DNA from: Sedimentisphaerales bacterium | GTDB lineage: Bacteria; Planctomycetota; Phycisphaerae; Sedimentisphaerales; SM23-30 | Reading direction: 5' to 3' | Length of the DNA: 64,000 nt | Assembly (NCBI GenBank): GCA_963663965.2 | Contig: CAXXFK010000007.1 | Location: forward strand, 128,001 to 192,000 | Part shown: piece after piece, positions 19,871 to 29,117 of the stretch | Layout of the letters: each line of letters starts with the position of its first letter | Numbering within the stretch: the first letter of the stretch is position 1 | The notes under the pieces: model-generated | What the model saw: only the letters and a program-made list of their open reading frames with translations | What the model was told of the DNA's origin: nothing | Databases searched by the model: none | Position numbers and translations under genes: made by a program

Positions 19871-22030
19871 ATGACGACCCAAACATATAATCCGTGCAGA
19901 GTTTTTATAACGGGATTTATGATTTTACTGGGCTGGGTTAGCCAGGGAAGGGGCCAAAACAGTGACAGCTACACTGTTTTGGGCTGGAATAATCTCGGGA
20001 TGCATTGTCTGGATGCGGATTTTTCCGTTTTCAGCATATTGCCGCCCTACAACAGTATTTTTGTCCAGGTGATCGATGCTCAGGGGCGCCTCGTTAATGT
20101 CCCAGGAAACCTGTCGGTAACTTATCACGCCGTGGCCGATCCGGACGGTTCGATCAATACCTCTTCTATCGGGAAAACCAATTTCTGGCAATATGCCGAT
20201 AAATTATTTGGCCTTCCGGCCCCCCTGCCCCTAGATACTGGTCTGCCGGTGCCCGGCCCCCAAGGATACGCCATGCCCGGTCAGGCGAACACCCCCCAGT
20301 CGATGAACTGGGAAGTCGGCATGAACTGGTTTGCGGCGTATGGCATTCCGATTGTCCCGCTGGACGATTCGTTACAACCGAATACATATCCCCTCATGCA
20401 GCTGACAGTTCAGTCGGGCGGCGTCACCCTGGGATCAACGGATATTGTCCTGCCGGTCTCGGATGAGATGGATTGCAGCGCCTGTCACGCCTCTGGTTCC
20501 GGCCCAGCCGCGCAGCCTGCGGCCGGATGGGTTTACGCGTCGGACCACCAACGGGATTACCGCTTGAATATCTTGCGCTTTCACGATGAAGAAATGGGGT
20601 CAGATTCGGATTTCCAGTCGGCGCTGGCGGCGGTTGGGTATAATTCAGAAGGTCTTTACGCGACGGTTGTCTCCGGCGGAACTCCGGTCTTGTGCGCCAG
20701 TTGCCACTTGTCAGAAGCGCTGCCCGGCAGCGGTCACGGCGATATCCCGCCCTTGACTCAGGCGGTCCATAATGCCCATGCCGGCGTAATTGATCCGACT
20801 AACGGGATGATACTCAACAGCAGCCTGAATCGTTCGGCCTGTTATCGCTGTCATCCCGGCTCTGAGACCCGCTGTTTGCGCGGGGCCATGGGCAAGGCGG
20901 TTGCCGCGGACGGCTCAATGGCCATGCAATGTCAGAGTTGTCATGGCTCGATGAGCGACGTCGGGAATCCCGGCCGGGTGGGCTGGCTGGATGAACCATC
21001 CTGTCAAAGTTGTCACACGGGCACAGTCACTCATAATAACAATCAGATTCGTTACACCACGGTTTTCACCGCACTCGGCATAATGCGTGAGGCGGTTGAT
21101 CAAACTTTTGCGACCAATCCCGATACACCTGCCAATGGTTTATCACTCTATCGGTTTTCCAAAGGGCACGGGGGATTATATTGTCAGGCCTGTCATGGCT
21201 CAACCCATGCGGAGTTTCCAACGTCACATCAGAACGATAATCTTTATAGCATTCAACATCAGAGCCACGAGGGGATGCTTGCCGACTGCCTGACTTGCCA
21301 TGCCTCGATGCCCAATACCGTAAATGGAGGCCCCCATGGCATGCACCCGATTGGACAGGACTGGGTGACCGAGCATCATGACAAGGTTAACGACAATAAC
21401 CGTGGCACTTGCCGGACCTGCCATGGCCTGGATTATACCGGGTCGGTACTATCGGTTGTGCAAGCAGGCCGCACCTTCGATCTGGGCGAGGAGCGCGGCG
21501 CCATTACCCTCTGGAGAGGGTACCAGATTGGGTGTTATTCCTGCCACAATGGCCCCGATGAAGGCGACCGGAATCCCAATACCCCTCCGGTCGTATCCAG
21601 TGCGACCGTACTGAATTGCGATAATTCCATCATGTCTATTTCCCTGTCTGCCCAGGATCCCCAATCCCAGGCCATGACCCTGCGGGTGATCCGCCAACCA
21701 GACCATGGCACGGTGAGTATATCAGGTAATATTGCCACTTATTATCCCGAATTACCCATGATGTACGGAACGGATTCATTCTATTTCGCCGCAAGGGATG
21801 GCCAGCTTGACTCTAATCTGGGTACGATAGTGATTAACGCCCGGCTTATAGACGATTTAAATTGCGACAATTTAGTAACGTTGCAAGATTTGACACAATT
21901 TACTGCCCAGTGGCTTGATTCTGCCTGTATCGTTCCCAGTTGGTGTGGCCGGGCCGATCTGGACCGCAGCAGCGCCGTGAACGCAAATGATTTCTCGATA
22001 TTCTCGCAATACTGGAATGAACAGAGATAG
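19871..22030 (+). CDS. Secreted nonaheme c-type cytochrome with C-terminal Ig/cadherin-like and dockerin-like domains
   Basis: Nine CxxCH motifs (CSACH, CASCH, CYRCH, CQSCH x2, CQACH, CLTCH, CRTCH, CYSCH); PDHGTV...YYP...GTDSF Ig-like segment; DLNCDNLVTLQDL and ADLDRSSAVNANDF Ca-loop-like pair. Confidence 0.85.
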   Translation: MTTQTYNPCRVFITGFMILLGWVSQGRGQNSDSYTVLGWNNLGMHCLDADFSVFSILPPYNSIFVQVIDAQGRLVNVPGNLSVTYHAVADPDGSINTSSIGKTNFWQYADKLFGLPAPLPLDTGLPVPGPQGYAMPGQANTPQSMNWEVGMNWFAAYGIPIVPLDDSLQPNTYPLMQLTVQSGGVTLGSTDIVLPVSDEMDCSACHASGSGPAAQPAAGWVYASDHQRDYRLNILRFHDEEMGSDSDFQSALAAVGYNSEGLYATVVSGGTPVLCASCHLSEALPGSGHGDIPPLTQAVHNAHAGVIDPTNGMILNSSLNRSACYRCHPGSETRCLRGAMGKAVAADGSMAMQCQSCHGSMSDVGNPGRVGWLDEPSCQSCHTGTVTHNNNQIRYTTVFTALGIMREAVDQTFATNPDTPANGLSLYRFSKGHGGLYCQACHGSTHAEFPTSHQNDNLYSIQHQSHEGMLADCLTCHASMPNTVNGGPHGMHPIGQDWVTEHHDKVNDNNRGTCRTCHGLDYTGSVLSVVQAGRTFDLGEERGAITLWRGYQIGCYSCHNGPDEGDRNPNTPPVVSSATVLNCDNSIMSISLSAQDPQSQAMTLRVIRQPDHGTVSISGNIATYYPELPMMYGTDSFYFAARDGQLDSNLGTIVINARLIDDLNCDNLVTLQDLTQFTAQWLDSACIVPSWCGRADLDRSSAVNANDFSIFSQYWNEQR

Positions 22031-22199
22031 CGGCCGATAAAACAGATTTGACCGCAACCGCTGAAGAATTAGCCCCCGCCCGGTTAATGATGTCATCATC
22101 CAAAAGGACGCGGCGGTCCTATAATATCCTGTTTTGAAATGATTTAGGATTGGGTTTTTCTTTGAACTTCGACGTTGGGTTGATTATCATAACTGGACT

Positions 22200-23681
22200 A
22201 TGGAAACAAAACCGACAATAAATGAATACGAAATGGCCCGGCGCAATAAGCTGCCGAAAATTAAAGAGTTAGGATACGACCCCTACGGAGGCCGATTTGG
22301 TGGGACAGAGTCTTGTCAAGCGATTGCGGCCAAGTTTGATCCGGAACGTGAAGATATTGAGGTATGCGGTGCAGGGCGAATTGTGCTGTTTCGCGATATC
22401 GGCAAATTGATTTTTCTGACCATGCGCGACTGGTCCGGTCAGATTCAGGTCGGATTGAGCAAAAGTCTGCTGAATGAAAATGAATGGAAGTTGGCAAAGC
22501 TGCTTGACCTGGGTGATATTATTGGGGTTGAAGGCATTTTGGGCCATACCAAAACTGGTGAGATTACTATTTGGGCCAAAAAGCTAACGTTATTAACGAA
22601 GGCTACTGTGCCGCCACCAGAGAAATTTCATGGATTGCAGGATGTGGAACAACGTTATCGTCAACGCTACGTTGATCTGTTTAGCAATCCGGAGGTAATG
22701 AATACCTTCAAAGAACGCAGTCAGATTATTCATTTTATCCGTAACTTCCTTCAGGATAAAGGTTTCATAGAGGTGGAAACACCCATGATGCAGACAATTG
22801 CCGGGGGCGCCGCCGCAAGGCCGTTCGTCACGCATCATAATGCGTTGGATATGCAGTTATACTTGCGAATAGCGCCAGAATTGTATTTGAAACGCCTGCT
22901 GGTTGGGGGTATGGAGCGGGTGTTTGAGATTAACCGCAACTTCCGCAATGAAGGCATCAGCACCCGTCATAACCCTGAATTTACCATGTGTGAATTGTAT
23001 CAGGCTTATGGGGATTACAATGCCATGATGGATATTATGGAGGAGATGACATGTGCCTTGGTAGCTCAGCGCAGCGAGAATATGAAGCTGCCATTCAACG
23101 GTAGAGAAATCGATTATACCCGGCCATGGCGCCGGGCTACCTATGCGGAGCTATTTGAAGAACATGTCGGATGCCCAATGGCGCAGGTTGTTAAAGTTCG
23201 AGAAATTGCCCGCACGATCGGCCTGGCTGACAAAGAATCCGGCATGGATGATATGGTTGTCATTAACGAGGTGTTTGAACATTTCGTGGAAGAAAAACTG
23301 GTCAATCCGACTTTTGTGATCGATTATCCAGCGCCATTGTGCGTGTTGACACGACGCAAAGCGGATAATCCGGACATTGCCGAGCGATTCGAATTGTTTA
23401 TTTCCTGTATGGAAATTGCCAATGCTTATACCGAACTGAATGATCCGATGATCCAGGAAGAGAATTTCCGCAGTCAGCTTAAAGGCCAGGATGAAACCGA
23501 GGCGCAGATGGATGATGATTTCGTCCATGCGCTTAAACATGGCATGCCGCCGGCGGGCGGACTGGGGTTTGGGGTTGATCGGTTGGTGATGCTGATGACA
23601 GATTCAGTCAGTATTCGCGATGTCATTCTGTTCCCGCTGATGCGTGCCGTGACAGAAAAGAATGATTCTATAGAACAGTAA
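22200..23681 (+). CDS. lysS: Lysine--tRNA ligase (class II)
   Basis: RYRQRYVDL, GGAAARPF, YLRIAPEL, FRNEG and HGMPPAGGLGFGVDRL motifs. Confidence 0.98.
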   Translation: METKPTINEYEMARRNKLPKIKELGYDPYGGRFGGTESCQAIAAKFDPEREDIEVCGAGRIVLFRDIGKLIFLTMRDWSGQIQVGLSKSLLNENEWKLAKLLDLGDIIGVEGILGHTKTGEITIWAKKLTLLTKATVPPPEKFHGLQDVEQRYRQRYVDLFSNPEVMNTFKERSQIIHFIRNFLQDKGFIEVETPMMQTIAGGAAARPFVTHHNALDMQLYLRIAPELYLKRLLVGGMERVFEINRNFRNEGISTRHNPEFTMCELYQAYGDYNAMMDIMEEMTCALVAQRSENMKLPFNGREIDYTRPWRRATYAELFEEHVGCPMAQVVKVREIARTIGLADKESGMDDMVVINEVFEHFVEEKLVNPTFVIDYPAPLCVLTRRKADNPDIAERFELFISCMEIANAYTELNDPMIQEENFRSQLKGQDETEAQMDDDFVHALKHGMPPAGGLGFGVDRLVMLMTDSVSIRDVILFPLMRAVTEKNDSIEQ

Positions 23682-25093
23682 TGCATGTTATATTCTTATG
23701 TCTGAGATTTCTTCATAAACGCCGTATCGCATTCTTCGGTACGGCGGCAGTGGCATTATGCGTCGCCTTGTTGATTGTGATTACCAGTTTATTTACGGGC
23801 TTCATTCAGGCTTATCGTAATTACTGGCAGAGTTATTATGGCGATTTCATGTTCATGCCGAATATATCTTTATCACAGCCAAATGATTTGGCGGATGCGC
23901 TGGAATCGATTGAAGGAATTCAGAATGCCATGCCGGTAGTTGATCATGGCGGCTTGCTCTATCTGGGAAAGGGTAATGTTCGTGCCGTTGAGTTAATTGG
24001 TGTCGATTTTGGACGGTGGCTCAGACAAAATAATAAACCCGGCGCTATTTTGTCCGTCTGGCCAGATGCAGGAGAGCTAACTACTGAATTGCCGCCAGCC
24101 ATAATTGATCGGGCAGAAGCCTGGCATCTGGAACGGTTTGGGCGTGCTATGCTTCCAGAGGAACGGCCGATCCCGGCGCTGGTTGGGATTGGCATACTGG
24201 CCAGGCCCGATGAGATAACTGACCAGTACCCAATCGAACAACTTTTGAGCGACTTGCGAAATCTGGACGGACCTTTGCCGGTGATTTCCGGCACGGTCCA
24301 GAAAGATGGTTCTGACAATACTATGAGTGGCTATAAGCGGATTAACCGATTATGCTGGCCCGTTGCGATTGTGCAAACTGGAACGGTTGAAATTGATAAT
24401 AACAAAATATATCTGCCATTTCAGGCCGTTTCTGATATGGTTGATACCGCAGGAACAGGCAATGTGAGATTTCATATAACTTGCGATCCTATGCGATCCA
24501 AGGATGAACTGGAGCATTTGTTGTTTCGGGCCTGGAAGCAATTTGCCATAGAAAAGCTGGGCGTTTCTGAATTTGCAGCGAATGGCGCGTCTATTGAGCA
24601 GACCGCGAATAATTATTCTTTGGTGGTCTTTACCCGCGAAATTCGCAAACAGCTTTACATCATGCAAATAATTCTCAGTTTTATTTGTATGGTAGCGGCC
24701 TTGCTGGTCTTTGTAATTATAATGATGATTGTTATGCAAAAGAAACGGGATATTGGGATTGTTCGGGCCCTGGGCAGTTCCAGACGGAGTATAGCGCTGT
24801 TATTTATATTCTACGGTGGGGGGATCGGCCTGGCCGGTTCTGTTCTTGGGGTGATATTGGGAATCTGGGCTACCTGGAAAATAGATGTCCTCGAATCGTT
24901 GGTCAGCCGTATACTCGGCTTTAAAATATGGGTTACTGATGTCTATCTGTTTAGTCATATTCCCAATCAGGTTGATTGGTCCTCTTTAATCTGGATTGTT
25001 GTGGCGGGAGTTTTAACCGCGACGCTGGGAGCGTTACTGCCAGCCTGGCGGGCAGCCCGTTTGCAACCCGTGGAGTCATTGCGCTATGAATGA
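23681..25093 (+). CDS. LolC/LolE-like (FtsX/MacB) ABC permease
   Basis: N-terminal TM, periplasmic domain, KKRDIGIVRALG, PVESLRYE. Confidence 0.85.
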   Translation: MHVIFLCLRFLHKRRIAFFGTAAVALCVALLIVITSLFTGFIQAYRNYWQSYYGDFMFMPNISLSQPNDLADALESIEGIQNAMPVVDHGGLLYLGKGNVRAVELIGVDFGRWLRQNNKPGAILSVWPDAGELTTELPPAIIDRAEAWHLERFGRAMLPEERPIPALVGIGILARPDEITDQYPIEQLLSDLRNLDGPLPVISGTVQKDGSDNTMSGYKRINRLCWPVAIVQTGTVEIDNNKIYLPFQAVSDMVDTAGTGNVRFHITCDPMRSKDELEHLLFRAWKQFAIEKLGVSEFAANGASIEQTANNYSLVVFTREIRKQLYIMQIILSFICMVAALLVFVIIMMIVMQKKRDIGIVRALGSSRRSIALLFIFYGGGIGLAGSVLGVILGIWATWKIDVLESLVSRILGFKIWVTDVYLFSHIPNQVDWSSLIWIVVAGVLTATLGALLPAWRAARLQPVESLRYE

Positions 25094-26442
25094 GAGGGCC
25101 TGGTATGTATAAACGATTGCTTATCTGGCGCTATTTTACCCACAAGCGAGTATCGATCATTGCGGTCTTGGCGGTCATGTTGCTGGTGATGACGGTGGTT
25201 GTGGTATTAAGTATCATGTCCGGGCTTCTGGAGGAAATACGGGATAGGAATCATCACTGGAGCGGTGATATTATCATCACCCGGGATTCTCTCGTAGGCT
25301 TTGCTTATTATGAGGAGCTGATGGCCCGTATCGGTCAGTTAGACACGGTTGAACTGGCAACGCCGGTCATTCGCACTTTTGGTCTGGTCAATAATAATCA
25401 ATCCACTCAAATATATGGCTTACGGCTGGAAGAATTTTGTCGGGTTACAAAATTTGCTGATACTCTGAAAGTTGCCCAGGATGTGCCTTCATTTCAAGTG
25501 CCTTACTATGAAAATCGCCCTGATTCGGCAGAATTGGCCCGGCGCGGATGTATTGTTGGGGTAATGGACAATCTGGCGCATGACTATTCAGGTTTGCGGA
25601 CAAATAGTGGTTTAAGCTGGGATTTGACCGTATTTGCGCTGAACAGTAAAGGGGCTGTGACTGGATCGGATATCGGCCAGAGTCAACGATTCTGGTTTGT
25701 TAATGCATCAACGACTAATCTGGTGGATATCGATGCCGCAGTTTTCTACGTGGATTTCGAGCTATTACAACACTTGTGTCTGATGGATGGTTTTGATGGC
25801 CGTCCGCCGAGAATTAATGAAATCCGTATCGGCCTGAAACCTCATGCCAATTCGGTCCGGGCGCTGGTGGAAATCCATACACTGTTGAAACAATTTGTTG
25901 GAGATTATCATGAACAGGTATCTGGAAATCTGTTAGAGGACCTCCGAGCGGCTACCTGGAAAGAATTTCGCCGGGCAATGATTGCGCCGGTTGAGAAAGA
26001 GCGCAGTTTGATGACACTGGTATTTGGTATGATAGGTATTCTGGCAGTATTTATCATATTTGCCATTTTTTATATGATCGTAACGGAAAAGATCAGGGAT
26101 TTGGGCATTATCAAAAGTGTCGGTGCCGGGAATGGAGCCGTAGCCGGCATTTTTCTGGGTTTTGGCGCTCTGGTTGGCTTGATTGGCGCATCAATAGGGG
26201 CGTTACTGGGCAGTTTGTTGGTTATCTACAGTAATCAAATCGAAGATGTTTTATATCTTTGGTTCAAATTTCGGTTGTGGCCACCAGATTTGTATGCCAT
26301 TGCCAAAATCCCCGATCAGATCGAGCCGGTATTTGTGCTGGGTATTGTGGCGGCGGCTGTGGCAGCGTCAGTGGCCGGGGCGGTTTTTCCGGCGTTGCGG
26401 GCTGCCCGGTTAAATATTGTGGATACTTTACGCGTTGAATAA
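25090..26442 (+). CDS. Second LolC/LolE-like ABC permease (alternative start 25105)
   Basis: VTEKIRDLGIIKSVG and PALRAARLNIVDTLR motifs. Confidence 0.85.
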   Translation: MRGPGMYKRLLIWRYFTHKRVSIIAVLAVMLLVMTVVVVLSIMSGLLEEIRDRNHHWSGDIIITRDSLVGFAYYEELMARIGQLDTVELATPVIRTFGLVNNNQSTQIYGLRLEEFCRVTKFADTLKVAQDVPSFQVPYYENRPDSAELARRGCIVGVMDNLAHDYSGLRTNSGLSWDLTVFALNSKGAVTGSDIGQSQRFWFVNASTTNLVDIDAAVFYVDFELLQHLCLMDGFDGRPPRINEIRIGLKPHANSVRALVEIHTLLKQFVGDYHEQVSGNLLEDLRAATWKEFRRAMIAPVEKERSLMTLVFGMIGILAVFIIFAIFYMIVTEKIRDLGIIKSVGAGNGAVAGIFLGFGALVGLIGASIGALLGSLLVIYSNQIEDVLYLWFKFRLWPPDLYAIAKIPDQIEPVFVLGIVAAAVAASVAGAVFPALRAARLNIVDTLRVE

Positions 26443-26457
26443 TTCTGAGACAATAGA

Positions 26458-27153
26458 ATGAAAGATAATCAGATAATTTTACATGCCAGCGGCCTGACAA
26501 AGTGTTACCTGATTGGCCAGGCTCGGCAACAGGTTCTTAACGGAGTTGATCTACAGGTTAAATCTGGCGAATTTCTTGCCATCATGGGCGCCAGCGGCAG
26601 CGGTAAAAGTACACTTTTGCATATTTTAGGGCTGCTAGATCGTCCGGATAACGGCACAGTTCAGTTTAACGGTCAAAATGTGTCAAAATTGAAATCAAAA
26701 CAACAAAACTATCTGAGAAACAGGGAATTTGGATTTGTATTTCAGTTTTATCATCTGTTGCCCGAATTAAATGTACGTGAAAATGTTACATTGCCCTTGA
26801 TGATTTCCAGCCCCATGGGCAAATGGTCTGCCATTCGGCAGGCATCGAAAGAAAGGGTTGACCATCTATTGGAATCTGTAGGCTTGCTGGACAGGGCAGG
26901 CCAGATGCCCAATACGCTTTCAGGAGGCGAACGGCAACGAATCGCACTGGCCCGTGCTCTGGTTTGTCAGCCCCGTGTCCTTCTGGCTGATGAGCCGACT
27001 GGAAATCTGGATTCTAAATCAGGAAGTGTTATTCTTGAGATTTTGCTGCAACTAAATCAAGCCGGCCAGTCGATTGTTATGGTAACCCACGATCCTGGGG
27101 TGGCAGAAAAAGGGCATAGAACCGTCCATTTAAAAGATGGCAAAATCGTCTGA
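26458..27153 (+). CDS. lolD: LolD-like ABC ATPase
   Basis: GASGSGKST, FVFQFYHLLPE, LSGGERQR and LADEPTGNLD motifs; follows two permeases. Confidence 0.88.
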   Translation: MKDNQIILHASGLTKCYLIGQARQQVLNGVDLQVKSGEFLAIMGASGSGKSTLLHILGLLDRPDNGTVQFNGQNVSKLKSKQQNYLRNREFGFVFQFYHLLPELNVRENVTLPLMISSPMGKWSAIRQASKERVDHLLESVGLLDRAGQMPNTLSGGERQRIALARALVCQPRVLLADEPTGNLDSKSGSVILEILLQLNQAGQSIVMVTHDPGVAEKGHRTVHLKDGKIV

Positions 27154-27226
27154 TTTATGTTACTTTGAACGAAATATGGACTTATGATAAAAAATGTTAA
27201 AATAGGCAACTTAGAAAAGGTGTTTT

Positions 27227-28084
27227 ATGGGCTTGAAAATCTGGCTCAATGACAAACTGGTGGATGAAGCGGATGCCAAAATATCGGTATTTGACCATGG
27301 ATTGCTCTATGGAGATGGTGTTTTTGAAGGCATCCGTGTTTATAATAATAAGGTTTTTGAACATCAGGCTCATATTGAACGGCTGTATCAATCCGCGCGG
27401 GCTATTCGTTTGCATATTCCGATGGAAATCGACCCATTAATGGAAGCCGTAGAGGCTACAGTAAAAGCCAATGGGATAAAAGATGGATATATTCGCCTGG
27501 TGGTTACGCGCGGAATTGGAACACTGGGACTTAATCCTCTGGTATGTAAGCAGGCTCAAATCATCATCATTGCTTCAACAATTCAACTTTATCCAAACGA
27601 ATTATATGAAAATGGACTTAAAGTAGTGAGTGCCAATACGATGCGCAACCATCCGCTGGCAGTCAGTCCTCAGATTAAGAGTCTTAATTATCTGAATAAT
27701 ATTCTGGCCAAGCTGGAAGCCTTGGATCATGGGATGTTGGAAGCGATTATGTATAATCATATGGGTTACGTCGCGGAAGCAACCGGTGACAATGTATTTG
27801 TTGTTAAAGACAACAAAGTTTATACGCCGCCCATCTATAATGGCGCACTGGAAGGAATCACCCGGGCAGTAGTCATCAAGCTGGCCAGGACATCTGGATA
27901 CGAAGTAATAGAATCCAGCCTGACTCGATTTGACCTTTATGCCGCAGATGAAGTGTTTCTGACTGGCACGGCGGCTGAAGTGATAGGCGTTATCGAAATC
28001 GATGGACGTGTTATCGGCAAAGGGCATCCGGGATCTGTAACTCGAGATCTGCTCAAAAAGTTTGAAACTTATACCAGACAGTAA
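27227..28084 (+). CDS. ilvE: Branched-chain amino acid aminotransferase
   Basis: DHGLLYGDGVFEG, KSLNYLNN, LEGITR and EVFLTGTAAEV motifs. Confidence 0.95.
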   Translation: MGLKIWLNDKLVDEADAKISVFDHGLLYGDGVFEGIRVYNNKVFEHQAHIERLYQSARAIRLHIPMEIDPLMEAVEATVKANGIKDGYIRLVVTRGIGTLGLNPLVCKQAQIIIIASTIQLYPNELYENGLKVVSANTMRNHPLAVSPQIKSLNYLNNILAKLEALDHGMLEAIMYNHMGYVAEATGDNVFVVKDNKVYTPPIYNGALEGITRAVVIKLARTSGYEVIESSLTRFDLYAADEVFLTGTAAEVIGVIEIDGRVIGKGHPGSVTRDLLKKFETYTRQ

Positions 28085-28162
28085 AATAATTGCGAATAAT
28101 TTGAACCAGATCCGGTCGGAGCTTGCAGGCCGGATTTCTTTTTCGACAATCAAAGAGCGTTC

Positions 28163-29113
28163 ATGACTATAAAAATCCTGTCTCAGGCGATTACGGATGA
28201 ACTCGAGCGGGTTCGCCATACAATTGAAAGCCAGTTGCAAAGCGGCATTTCTGAAGTGGATGATATGCTCAAATTACTCCTGAATTATCAGGGGAAAATG
28301 CTGAGGCCGATGCTGGTTATATTATCGGGCCGAATGGCTGGGCCGATTATTGAAGGGCAGATCAAGCTGGGCGCAGCAATCGAGATGATCCATTTGGCAA
28401 CCCTGTTGCACGATGATGTGCTGGATGACGCCGACCGGCGGCGTGGAAAGCCCTCCATCAACCATTTGCAGGGTAATGAGGCGGCAGTTTTACTGGGTGA
28501 CTTATTGTTGAGTCAGGCGTTTTATTTGAGCGTTGAGATTGGTTCACTCGAATTATTGGGATATGTATCCAGGACGACACAGTTAATCTGTGAGGGGGAG
28601 TTGTCCCAGGTGTTGCGCCGGGGGGATTATAATTTGGAGGAAGAAGAATATTTCAGAATTATCGCCGGGAAAACTGCCAGCTTGATGCAGTGTTGCTGTA
28701 TTCAGGGAGTCAAGCTGGGGCAGGGTAATCCGGATATTTGCCAGGCGGCAGAACAATTTGGATATAATCTGGGAGTGGCTTTCCAGATTATGGATGATAT
28801 TAAGGATATTGATAATGGCCAGGCGAGTTTTATTTCCAAGACACTGGGGACTGATATGGCCAAAGAGAAAATGACTCTGCCGTTGATTCATTATCTTATG
28901 CGCAGCGATTCCGCTACGCGAGATCAGGTACGTGATCTGCTTCGTACTGGTGACCAATCAAGTCGCCACCAACTGGCTGATCGTCTGGAACAATTTGGAA
29001 GTGTACAATATGCGCGTGACCGGGCCCGGGATTATATTGATCTTGCCAAGGCTGCGATCCGTCATCTTAACGATAGTGATGGATTGTGCCTGTTGGCCGA
29101 CAGTATCCTTTGA
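28163..29113 (+). CDS. Long-chain polyprenyl diphosphate synthase (IspB-like)
   Basis: GKMLRP, HDDVLD..RRG, GKTA and FQIMDDIKD motifs. Confidence 0.92.
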   Translation: MTIKILSQAITDELERVRHTIESQLQSGISEVDDMLKLLLNYQGKMLRPMLVILSGRMAGPIIEGQIKLGAAIEMIHLATLLHDDVLDDADRRRGKPSINHLQGNEAAVLLGDLLLSQAFYLSVEIGSLELLGYVSRTTQLICEGELSQVLRRGDYNLEEEEYFRIIAGKTASLMQCCCIQGVKLGQGNPDICQAAEQFGYNLGVAFQIMDDIKDIDNGQASFISKTLGTDMAKEKMTLPLIHYLMRSDSATRDQVRDLLRTGDQSSRHQLADRLEQFGSVQYARDRARDYIDLAKAAIRHLNDSDGLCLLADSIL

Positions 29114-29117
29114 TTCT

